DNA of 64,000 nucleotides from Bacteroidia bacterium (lineage in GTDB: Bacteria; Bacteroidota; Bacteroidia; SpSt-205): contig JBCNVG010000028.1 in the NCBI GenBank assembly GCA_039630325.1, positions 16,242 to 80,241 on the forward strand. Direction: 5' to 3'. Under the pieces are notes generated by a model. That model was given only the letters and a program-made list of their open reading frames with translations, was not told the DNA's origin and did not search any database. Shown piece after piece: positions 37,738 to 46,217 of this stretch (position 1 is its first letter; every line of letters begins with the position of its first letter). The position numbers and the translations under genes were made by a program.

Positions 37738-39924
37738 ATGCGGTTCTCCATCTTGTTAGTTAGTCTTCTAATCGCTCAGACAGGTCTACACTACGCCGAC
37801 AGCTTGCGGGAAAATGGAGATTACGAAGTGGCTCTCGTTGTATATGATTCTCTGAGGCGACAAGCAGATATTTCAGATACCACCTTGATTCATATCTACC
37901 TGAGCGGGGCAAAATGTTTAGCTAATCTGAAACACCAGGGGAAAGGAGCAGTGGATAGAGTCTGGAGTAAAGTGAGCCCAGCGTCTCAGAGATACCCTGG
38001 TCTAGAGCACCTTGTTATATTACCTCGCGTGGATAAGAGAGGTTCAAGGCAGGCTAAGCAAAGCAGAGAGTCTTTACACTTATATTTTTTCAGAATCGAT
38101 ATGAATAAGCTCTATCCTTGTTCAAAGAAATAACGCAGCTCGGCTCGCAGATTCTGGGCAAGACTCATCTTTTCTATCTTAGAACACTAAATAATCTCGC
38201 GATAACTTATCAAAAGCTAAAAAAGTACGGGGAAGCAGAAAATTTGTATAAAATAACCTCGACGAAGTTGGAGTAACGATTCGGGAAATCGCAGCCATCT
38301 TACTCTATCAACTTAGGAAACCTCGGAAGCCTATACGGATGAATAAATACAAGGGGCAGGTTTAGTATGTGAAACAGCAATAAAGCTCCTTTTCGAATAT
38401 CTGCGTCAGGAGCTTAGCCACCTTCCGACCGCTTGCCAAGAATACTTCTTGGAGAGAAACATTGTTAGTGACTCAAAGAATTTCAGCGATATGTAGCGCT
38501 AAGAAAAGACCCTCCGTCTTCGCTTGTTCTTCTTGGCTACTGCGTGGGACGCAGTACCAAAGGCCTGATACTCACAACCAACGAGATACGGCGTTATCTG
38601 GCTGAGTCCAACCCTGATAGTAGCATGCGTAAACTGTTCTTGCGCTGCGAGGGCTTATGACCCAGTATGCTACCCTATCCATGCAAGATAAGCGCGCAGA
38701 GGCTGACTCCTTTTGGCGAGTTGCCACTGAAATTAGAGCAGAGCCTTCTTCATCGCTTGCCAGAAAAACTTACTTTCCTGATCCCTTTTCTGAACCAGAT
38801 CCAAAGTTTGGAAAAGAAGAAGCGCTTATAGAAGTGATTCAAACCAGCGTAGGAGGCAACATTCTTTATGCTTTTTACATCTTTTTATCTGACAAGCGGC
38901 GGCCTCGGTTAAACCTGTATGTCCATCGGGTAGATTCTGCATGGGAGAGACGGACTCAGAATGTTTTTGACATCTTACATTCCCCGGAGGCCCAGCTTAC
39001 AGCTGTTGCTTATCGCCTTCTATGGGGTCTTATAGACAGCCTATTACCCCAAAGCGTCAAAGGAGTCTATTTCTCCCCCGACGGAATTTACTACCACATA
39101 AACGCAGGAGCTCTCTATAACGGCAAGAAGTTCATCGCAGATCGCTACGGTATATGGTACTTAGCCAGCTCTCGACGATTAGTGCTCAAGGAACGGCATT
39201 TCCCCGCTCAACTGCCTGTGGTGATAGGGAATCCTGATTTCAACCATAGCCCAATCTCAACCAGAGGTGCAACAACAAGGGGCTACCGGCTATTTCAGGG
39301 CAAACTCCCTCCTCTGCCGGGAGCAGAAGAGGAGGCAAAAGCTGTCGCAGCGCTTTTACAGGTTGAGCCTTTGATTAGTAAGGCCGCTACCAAAGATAAG
39401 CCCAAACAACTTCATAGCCCAGAAGTCCTTTATATTGCGACTCACGGCTACTTCCAAGAGGGTAAAAGTTCGCCCTTGCTTAGAGCCGGCCCCCTTTTGG
39501 CAGAAGCCGCAGTGTGGGATAGTCTAAATCCCCCGCTGGGCATAGAAAACGGATATCTCACACCACAAGAAGTATCCAGTATGAATCTTTTAGGAACAAG
39601 GTTAGTAGCTCTGTCGGCCTGTGAAACGGGATTAGGAGATATTACTAGAAAGGGGCTATACAGCTTACAACGAACTTTCTTAGAGGCAGGGGCACAACGA
39701 GTAATTGCAACCCTCTGGCAAATAGATGATGCGGCTATGTGCGAGACTATGGCTTCCTTCTATCAAAAAAATGGACCAGCAACTCCCAAACGAAATCAGT
39801 TTCTAAGAAGCACTTAGAGAAGCCAGAGAAGAGTATAGATAAAGCTTTCGCGGAAGCCCTCAGAGAGTTTCGTCAGCGACATACATCACTTTACTACTGG
39901 GGTGCGTTTATTCTGATGCGATGA
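37738..39924 (+). pseudogene. decayed TPR-CHAT (caspase-like peptidase) gene
   Basis: The N-terminal ORF (37738..38133) has a signal peptide and TPR-like sequence. The 38118..38342 frame reads LFKEITQLGSQILGKTHLFYLRTLNNLAITYQKLKKYGEAENLYKITSTKLE*RFGKSQPSYSINLGNLGSLYG*, which is TPR_12-like with an in-frame TAA (38274) and TGA (38340). The CHAT core is ORF 38657..39817 (VLYIATHGYF, ALSACETGLG, GAQRVIATLWQIDD). The typical C-terminal YYWGAFILMR is in another frame (39739..39924). Confidence 0.75.
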
Positions 39925-40028
39925 AGGAAAGATAGTCAAGAGTCAGCTACGGATTGCTTCAAGAACGTCAAGAGAAGGTAGTACGGGTCATGGATGCTTT
40001 TATTTCAAGGGGTCGTCAAAGATGTGCG

Positions 40029-40068
40029 GGGTTTGTGCGCTAGCCCTGTAGCACTGGCGCACAAACCC
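40029..40068. repeat. perfect 12-bp inverted repeat (GGGTTTGTGCGC - N16 - GCGCACAAACCC)
   Basis: Read directly in the 339-nt spacer between the CHAT pseudogene and htrA. No U/T tract follows on either strand. Confidence 0.6.
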
Positions 40069-40250
40069 GTTCCTACCCTGCCTTGCACCATTCCAATAGC
40101 CGTCCGAATCAAATCCGTCCGTTACACAAATAAACCCTACTCTTTTCCAGCACATTCATGCCTTCTTGGCGTGAGAGTTTATATGAAGTATCCCCTGAGA
40201 CCCTACCTCCACCCAAGTTTTATGTTTTAAAATCGGAATTTATACACCCA

Positions 40251-40258
40251 TACCTTTG
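40251..40258 (+). promoter_or_regulatory. putative -7 promoter box TACCTTTG, 5 nt upstream of the htrA ATG
   Basis: Exact TAnnTTTG match immediately before ATG 40264. Confidence 0.5.
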
Positions 40259-40263
40259 CAGCT

Positions 40264-41700
40264 ATGCGGAAGGTTCTACCGCTCGCAATAGTAGGCGCAA
40301 TATCAGGTATAGTAGCAGCATCAGCTACAGCTTTACTCTTGTACTCTCAACGTTCCAAAGAGTTAGACTCCCTATCTATAGCCCCTACTGTTATCGTTCC
40401 GATTCGTTCCTTGCGTGCGGAGGAAGCGCCCCAGGAGTCTGGCTTCGTGCAAGCAGCGAAAAAAGCTACACCCTCCGTGGTATTCATCCGCGCCTATGGC
40501 GAGAGAACGGCTGGGGATGACTTCTGGAGCTTCTGGGGGCTATGGATGCCCCGCACGCAGCAAGTGTATAGCGCAGGTTCAGGCGTGGTATGGAGTGCAG
40601 ATGGATATATCGTCACCAACTATCACGTCATCAAAGACGCCAATCGCATTCTCGTCACCTTTTCGGATAAACGTACCTTGGAGGCTCAACTGGTAGGAGC
40701 TGATGCGGGTGTAGACGTGGCCCTACTAAAAGTCAAAGCCTCTGGCCTCACTCCTCTCCCCCTGGCCAACTCCGATTCTGTCCAAATAGGCGAGTGGGTA
40801 CTGGCTATCGGTAATCCGTATAACCTCACTTATACGGTTACTGCTGGGATTATCAGCGCTCGTGGACGTAATCTCAATCTCCTCCAAGGCCCCCTCCCTT
40901 TAGAATCTTTTATACAAACCGATGCCGCTATCAATCCCGGAAATAGTGGGGGAGCCTTAGTCAACCTTCGTGGAGAACTGGTCGGAATCAATACCGCGAT
41001 TGCCTCTCGTACAGGATCGTATGTAGGCTATGGCTTTGCGATTCCTGTGAATATCGTCCGCAAAGCGGTGGAGGATCTAAAAGCCTATGGCATCGTTCAG
41101 CGCGCCTTCTTGGATGCCGAAGTAGTTGATTTAGCGGAGGAGCATATTGGCAATATCCCCATTGAAAACTTGCAAGGCCTATACATCGGGCGGGTATACC
41201 CAGGCGGAGCCGCGGATAAAGCAGGTCTGAAAACAGGTGACATATTGCTGGCGATTGATGGCATGAATGTTCATACCCAAGCCGAGTTTTTAGAACGCAT
41301 TGCCCAGAAACGACCCGGCGACAAGATCAAGATTTTATATCGCCGAAATGGCAAGCAATATGAAACTACAGCTACCCTTACCAATGAAGATGGGGAACCC
41401 ACGCTTCTCAAACGGGAAGTATATCGCTCAGAAGCCTTGGGAGCAGACATCCTACCCCTGAGCGCACGAGAAGCTCAACATCTGGGAGTCAGCCATGGCT
41501 ATCGCATTCAGAATCTTCGCAGCGGACTTTTCAGTCAAATGGGGCTTCCAGAGGGATTCATTTTACTCAAAATCAATGGCTATACTCCGAAGTCTCCCCA
41601 AGAAGTGGAAGAAATCCTCCAGAAAGTACGTGGGCGGCTGAGCATAGAAGGGGTAGATGTGCAAGGACGCCGATTATATCTGAACTTTACGATGCGGTGA
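40264..41700 (+). CDS. htrA: HtrA/DegP/DegQ-family periplasmic serine protease with two PDZ domains
   Basis: 478-aa ORF with an S1C triad context (TNYHVI, DVALLKV, GNSGGALVN) followed by two PDZ-like segments. Confidence 0.9.
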   Translation: MRKVLPLAIVGAISGIVAASATALLLYSQRSKELDSLSIAPTVIVPIRSLRAEEAPQESGFVQAAKKATPSVVFIRAYGERTAGDDFWSFWGLWMPRTQQVYSAGSGVVWSADGYIVTNYHVIKDANRILVTFSDKRTLEAQLVGADAGVDVALLKVKASGLTPLPLANSDSVQIGEWVLAIGNPYNLTYTVTAGIISARGRNLNLLQGPLPLESFIQTDAAINPGNSGGALVNLRGELVGINTAIASRTGSYVGYGFAIPVNIVRKAVEDLKAYGIVQRAFLDAEVVDLAEEHIGNIPIENLQGLYIGRVYPGGAADKAGLKTGDILLAIDGMNVHTQAEFLERIAQKRPGDKIKILYRRNGKQYETTATLTNEDGEPTLLKREVYRSEALGADILPLSAREAQHLGVSHGYRIQNLRSGLFSQMGLPEGFILLKINGYTPKSPQEVEEILQKVRGRLSIEGVDVQGRRLYLNFTMR

Positions 41701-42974
41701 CTCTACCCGAAGCTTTCGTCAAGCGGATACAGGCTCGATTGCCAGAGGAAGCTGAACTGTTCTTTCAAGCCCTTCAAGAGCCTCCTAAGGTCAGTGTTCG
41801 CTTGAATCCTTACAAAGGAGGTCATCTATTTCCAGAGGCCGAACGAATATCCTGGCATCCACTTGGGAGGGTACTTCGTGAGCGCCCAGATTTTGAACAT
41901 TCTCCCCTCTGGCATGCGGGAGCGTATTATGTACAGGAGGCTTCGGGTATGAGCCTGAAAAATTTCTTGCCTGAGCGTCGTCCACTCCGAGTACTGGACC
42001 TCAGTGCCGCTCCAGGGGGGAAATCTACGCTTATTCTGGCGGAACTCGGCTTGGAGGGCGGCTTGCTCATCGCTAACGATCCCGATCCCCAACGCCGAGC
42101 TGCTCTACGAGAAAATCTGGAAAGATGGGGTATTCCTGCTTACTTCATCACTGGACGCCATCCCCAGTATTGGGCCCAGCGATACCCCGAAGCGTTTGAT
42201 GTAGTAGTTCTGGATGCCCCTTGCTCAGGAGAAGGGTTATGGCGCAAGGATAAACGAGCAGTGTGTCAGTGGAGCCCGCAGTTAGTGCAGCGCATGCAGC
42301 GATTCCAGCGAAATCTCCTTTTCGCAGCCAAAGCCCTGGTCGCCCCGGGGGGAAGGCTGATTTATTCGACCTGCACCTTTGCTCCTGAGGAGAATGAGGA
42401 GAATCTCGCCTTTGCTTTTGCCCACGATGATTCTTGGTACCCTGTAGTTTGGGAGAGTGCCCCCCCCGAAGTCGTCCGCGTACAATACGGTGGAGGAGGC
42501 ATCGGGTATTATTTCTATCCGCATCGCAGTGTGGGAGAGGGTTTTTTCATTTCAGCATGGGAGAAAAAGGGACGTTCTGCCTTACGCTCTAAATCGTATA
42601 AATCTATTCCTCCCCCCTTCCCGCTACCTGAAAACATTCAGGCTATCAAAAACGGCGAAAGACTGTATGCCCTTACGATCGGAGCAATCTCTTGCGCTCT
42701 CCCCGACTGGGATAGGGAGAAGTGGGATGCCTTTCCCCTATGGGAGCATGCGCGCCCCGTTCATGCCGCTGCCCTTTTAGTAAGCATGAAACCCACCCGC
42801 TTCCCTGAACGGCAACTGTCATCTGAGGAATTTATGCTTTACCTCACGGGTCAACCTTTTCCTCCCCACGCTCCCGTAGAATGGGTGACGATAGCAGGAC
42901 TGGGCATAGGTTGGCTGTACAAAGGCCGCCCCTCCTTACCTTTCACCTGGCGGCGATTCCTCCGCCGTCATTAG
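41697..42974 (+). CDS. RsmB/RsmF-family RNA cytosine-C5 methyltransferase (NOL1/NOP2/Sun)
   Basis: 425-aa ORF with the SAM-binding motif DLSAAPGGKS and catalytic motifs DAPCSGEG and YSTCT. The GTG start overlaps the htrA stop (GTGA). Confidence 0.8.
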   Translation: MTLPEAFVKRIQARLPEEAELFFQALQEPPKVSVRLNPYKGGHLFPEAERISWHPLGRVLRERPDFEHSPLWHAGAYYVQEASGMSLKNFLPERRPLRVLDLSAAPGGKSTLILAELGLEGGLLIANDPDPQRRAALRENLERWGIPAYFITGRHPQYWAQRYPEAFDVVVLDAPCSGEGLWRKDKRAVCQWSPQLVQRMQRFQRNLLFAAKALVAPGGRLIYSTCTFAPEENEENLAFAFAHDDSWYPVVWESAPPEVVRVQYGGGGIGYYFYPHRSVGEGFFISAWEKKGRSALRSKSYKSIPPPFPLPENIQAIKNGERLYALTIGAISCALPDWDREKWDAFPLWEHARPVHAAALLVSMKPTRFPERQLSSEEFMLYLTGQPFPPHAPVEWVTIAGLGIGWLYKGRPSLPFTWRRFLRRH

Positions 42975-43355
42975 GTCTGAGTAGTATTCGAACCTATACT
43001 CTATGCGTTCAAATCCCACCTCTTCCCGTAGCGCTGCGACTACATGCCTGAGATCTTCCTCCTCTTCTTCCTCGCCTAAATAAATGATAACTTGGGTTTG
43101 AGGAATCCAACTGACTAGCTCCCGAAGCATCTCATAAAACTCACGCTGAGCAGAGGAGTTGATGTATGAAAGCTCTATGTGTACCTTTATACCACCTTGA
43201 AGCAACTCTGAAGCTTTCTGCAAAAAAGAGCGAATAGGCTTGAAGAATGCAGGGCTATTCTCCGGAAAGCAGGCACCCCTGATAAACATAAGAGCGCTTT
43301 CAGTATCTATCTTCACTTCAGGGGTATATTGAGTGGCTGGGATATGTAGTCTCAC
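42936..43355 (-). CDS. DUF1987 / SiaC-family regulatory phosphoprotein-like
   Basis: From GTG 43355 the protein reads MRLHIPATQYTPEVKIDTESALMFIRGACFPENSPAFFKPIRSFL, the typical DUF1987 opening. A TAATTTTG box lies 6 nt upstream. The ORF track start is TTG 43364. An acidic tract (EEEEEED) lies near the C-terminus. Confidence 0.65.
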   Translation of the reverse strand: MRLHIPATQYTPEVKIDTESALMFIRGACFPENSPAFFKPIRSFLQKASELLQGGIKVHIELSYINSSAQREFYEMLRELVSWIPQTQVIIYLGEEEEEEDLRHVVAALREEVGFERIEYRFEYYSDLMTAEESPPGER

Positions 43356-43447
43356 CTTGGACAAAATTAGCCATTTCCCTTCAACAACCTTTTTCGCACA
43401 TTCAAGGCCAATAAGGCCAAGATTTTTGTTTTTCTTTGAAGTCGTAT

Positions 43448-43987
43448 ATGGCAGGGATAGCAGGAGTTTCAGAGCACCGATTCAAACAACTCATTTGGGT
43501 CGTTTCAATAGCCATTCCACTTGTAGTAGTCATATTACTGAGTCTGCCTCGGGTAGATATTGGTATAGACACCAGCTTCATTCCCCGCCTAAATGCCCTT
43601 ATCAACACCTCCGTTTCTATCCTGCTGATTGTGGGCTATTTTCTAATCCGTCGCAAGCAGGTAGCCCTTCACAGAAAAGTCATGCTAGTAGCTCTGGGGC
43701 TGAGTATCCTATTCCTTGTGTCGTATGTGCTATATCATTTGACCCACGAAGAGGTACGATTTGGCGGTACGGGATGGATAAAAACAGTTTATCTTTTTAT
43801 CTTGATCTCACATATCGGGCTGAGTGTTTTTGTAGTGCCTCTGGCTTTATTCACTATTTACCCAGCACTTCTGAGTCGGTATCATGATCATAGAAGGCTT
43901 GCCCGATGGACATTTCCGATTTGGCTCTATGTATCTGTCACAGGTGTGCTGGTATATGTATTTTTGTCCCCGTATTATCCGAGATAA
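43448..43987 (+). CDS. DUF420-family integral membrane protein
   Basis: Four TM segments and the pattern RRKQVALHRKVMLVALGLSILFLVSYVLYH...HRRLARWTFPIWLYVSVTGVLVY, typical of DUF420. Start is ATG 43448; the ORF track uses TTG 43436. Confidence 0.7.
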   Translation: MAGIAGVSEHRFKQLIWVVSIAIPLVVVILLSLPRVDIGIDTSFIPRLNALINTSVSILLIVGYFLIRRKQVALHRKVMLVALGLSILFLVSYVLYHLTHEEVRFGGTGWIKTVYLFILISHIGLSVFVVPLALFTIYPALLSRYHDHRRLARWTFPIWLYVSVTGVLVYVFLSPYYPR

Positions 43988-43989
43988 GG

Positions 43990-44253
43990 ATGAAGCGTTG
44001 GCTAATAACCTTTCTCCTTTTGCCTCTGCTGAGCTGGGCACAATGTGCCATGTGTAGAAAAAACGCAGAAAACGCTGCGCCTGGCTTAGCAAAAGGCTTG
44101 AGAATAGGAATCATCTTCCTCTTTACCGTACCGTATGTCGTAGCGGGAACGGTCGGCTGGCTGTGGTATAAACGCATGCGAGAGAGTGGACGGCTGGGGA
44201 CTGGTGGTAGAGACAGCGAGTCCGAGTCTGCAACTGGGCCTACTCAAGGATAA
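43990..44253 (+). CDS. small membrane protein with signal peptide and CxxC motif (hypothetical)
   Basis: ATG 43990 lies 2 nt after the DUF420 stop. The protein reads MKRWLITFLLLPLLSWAQCAMCRKNAENAAPG, followed by one TM segment (IGIIFLFTVPYVVAGTVGWLWY). Its 3' end overlaps the tsaB start by 68 nt. Confidence 0.35.
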   Translation: MKRWLITFLLLPLLSWAQCAMCRKNAENAAPGLAKGLRIGIIFLFTVPYVVAGTVGWLWYKRMRESGRLGTGGRDSESESATGPTQG

Positions 44254-44821
44254 GACGCCCTTGGTAGGCTTTCGGTGGGATGGAGCTTATCAGCAGGGGG
44301 AAAAACTTATCGTTCTCACCCAGCAGCTTCTCCGAGAAGCTCATATTCACTGGAGCGACATTCAATATGTCATATACCATCGAGGGCCTGGTTCACACAC
44401 AGGGCTACGTATCGGCCTGGCGGCCGTAAAAGCCTGGAGCCTCTCCTTAGGATGGAAGCTATACTGCGTCCCACTTATGCATGCGCTCCACGAATGGGCA
44501 CGACAAAGTATGCCCGATTATGAAGGAAAGGTCTTCACTTTTTGGGAAAGCAAAAGGGCTCTCTGGTATGGTCAGCTCTGGGAGAAAGGTACGCCATGTA
44601 CTGACCCCCTTCTGCTGCCATCACCGACATGGGGGGAGAGAGCCAAGGACGCTTTATGGGTAGGCAATCATCCTGAGGCCCGTTTCTATATCCAAGAAGT
44701 AAGCTGGAGACTGCTCGCCAAAGCTGCTCAAAGTATTACCCCTCGCACTACCCCCCAGGAGATAATAGAAGTAGTGCCTCTGTATTTCCGCGAGTTTATC
44801 CCTACCCAGCGTAAGACGTGA
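44186..44821 (+). CDS. tsaB: tRNA t6A37 threonylcarbamoyl-transfer complex dimerisation subunit (YeaZ)
   Basis: 211-aa ORF with a GTG start, containing the GPGSHTGLRIGLA motif of TsaB/YeaZ and followed by a rimI-like gene, which is the classical pairing. Confidence 0.8.
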   Translation: MDGWGLVVETASPSLQLGLLKDKTPLVGFRWDGAYQQGEKLIVLTQQLLREAHIHWSDIQYVIYHRGPGSHTGLRIGLAAVKAWSLSLGWKLYCVPLMHALHEWARQSMPDYEGKVFTFWESKRALWYGQLWEKGTPCTDPLLLPSPTWGERAKDALWVGNHPEARFYIQEVSWRLLAKAAQSITPRTTPQEIIEVVPLYFREFIPTQRKT

Positions 44822-45240
44822 ATACGCTAACCGTACGTCCCCTCCGAGAGCAGGAGCTTGATTTGTTGACCCAAATAGAGATAGAAGGTGGTCAGCGAGA
44901 TTATTTACCTGATTACCTAACAAATACACCAACCTCGCAAGTATGGGGACTGTGGGCGGGGGAAATCCTGGTAGGGTTTTTAGAAATAGTAGGACAGCCA
45001 CCGCTACTTTGGATAGCCCGCATCGGAATAGACCAACGTTATCAAAGTTTAGGATATGGGGCCTACCTGCTCTCTACGGTGATAGAGAGATTACGCCGAC
45101 GCGCTCGGGTGCGAGAGCTGCGAGCCGCTGTCCATATACAGAACCTTCCAGCCCAACACCTTTTTATGAAAGCAGGCTTTACTCCGCTCCCGCCCATTGA
45201 AGGGGAGGAAGAAGCAGTATTTACCCTCTCTCTTAGATGA
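44818..45240 (+). CDS. GNAT-family N-acetyltransferase (RimI-like)
   Basis: 140-aa ORF with an acetyl-CoA binding region RIGIDQRYQSLGYGAYLL. 4-nt overlap with tsaB. Confidence 0.7.
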   Translation: MNTLTVRPLREQELDLLTQIEIEGGQRDYLPDYLTNTPTSQVWGLWAGEILVGFLEIVGQPPLLWIARIGIDQRYQSLGYGAYLLSTVIERLRRRARVRELRAAVHIQNLPAQHLFMKAGFTPLPPIEGEEEAVFTLSLR

Positions 45241-46096
45241 GCGTGTAGTTTCGAAACTCTCCTACTCGCCAGCCAGTCTTGTCTTCTATCCACTGCAGCA
45301 ATCGTTCTCTAAAAGTCAGACGAGCTCTGTCTGGCGCATAGATGAACTCCCATCCCAAAGGAGCATTTACTCGCTGCATCATCACCTGAGGGTGGGTACC
45401 CTCATAGCGCCGTAGGCGATCTGTGGTAGAATACACGAAACGCTCAGGCTTATACCGCTCAATCCATGCGTCGTCGTGCCAGAACCTATTCATTTCTACA
45501 AACTTGACCAACTGCGCCTCAGGGGGACGAACCCATCCGTAATGAAAGATTCGCCCGCCACTCGGCTTTACTCTGAGTTTGCGCCCCGCCCGTCGAAACC
45601 CTTGGGCATCCCTATAAGCCTGAATATCGGGATGAAGCCGAATTATTCGCACCTCTCGCCTGTACCATCGTCGAGAGGCCCCTATCCATTCATAGCTGCC
45701 ATAGAAATGCAAATAATCAAATAGCAGCCCTTCTACGCGCTCGTCGTTTTTCCACCGCTCCATCGCTTTCCCAATAGCTTCATAATCGCCCTCATGGAGG
45801 ACTTCATCCGCCTGTAGAATGAGGGCCCAATCAGCCCGGGGCAGAGCAGACAGGAGCTTGTTTGTTTCTTGGGCTAAAACCGCTCCGCCTTGGCGAAGAT
45901 TGAGGTCCCAGAGAGAGTCCATTACTATTATCTTGGGGTCGCCTATGGACAGGACTGCTTCTCGGGTGCCATCATCACTTTGACCGACACTCACATAAAA
46001 GACCTCGCACAAAGGAAGTGCCGATAAAATCGCTTCTCGGAAGGGATAATCCATTTTGACTCCATTGCGAAGAATCATTCCTCCTACCACCCGCAT
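45233..46096 (-). CDS. putative glycosyltransferase (GT2-like)
   Basis: 287-aa ORF. The pattern ILRNGVKMDYPFREAILSALPLCEVFYVSVGQSDDGTRE...LQADEVLHE...HFYGSYEW resembles a conserved Bacteroidetes GT2-like family. A TATCTTTA box lies 9 nt upstream. Confidence 0.55.
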   Translation of the reverse strand: MRVVGGMILRNGVKMDYPFREAILSALPLCEVFYVSVGQSDDGTREAVLSIGDPKIIVMDSLWDLNLRQGGAVLAQETNKLLSALPRADWALILQADEVLHEGDYEAIGKAMERWKNDERVEGLLFDYLHFYGSYEWIGASRRWYRREVRIIRLHPDIQAYRDAQGFRRAGRKLRVKPSGGRIFHYGWVRPPEAQLVKFVEMNRFWHDDAWIERYKPERFVYSTTDRLRRYEGTHPQVMMQRVNAPLGWEFIYAPDRARLTFRERLLQWIEDKTGWRVGEFRNYTLI

Positions 46097-46217
46097 GCAC
46101 CGAAGTAAAGATAAATCCTATGCTTCCAAGCTCCTCAAACAGGCAGAAAAAAGCATACTTGCCTTTCTACTATACCGCCTCAGGAGGGGGCGTAACAGCA
46201 CTCCTTGATAGCAAGCT

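Noticed and set aside
39994-40520. ORFs 39994-40230 and 40158-40520 in and around the htrA upstream region
   Set aside because: They show no motifs. The second overlaps the well-supported htrA frame, and the region is better explained as an intergenic spacer plus the htrA 5' end.
43333-43887. 184-aa ORF overlapping the DUF420 gene in another plus-strand frame
   Set aside because: The 43448-43987 frame gives four clean TM helices and the DUF420 pattern. The alternative frame is Ser/Pro/Arg-rich and begins inside the DUF1987 gene.
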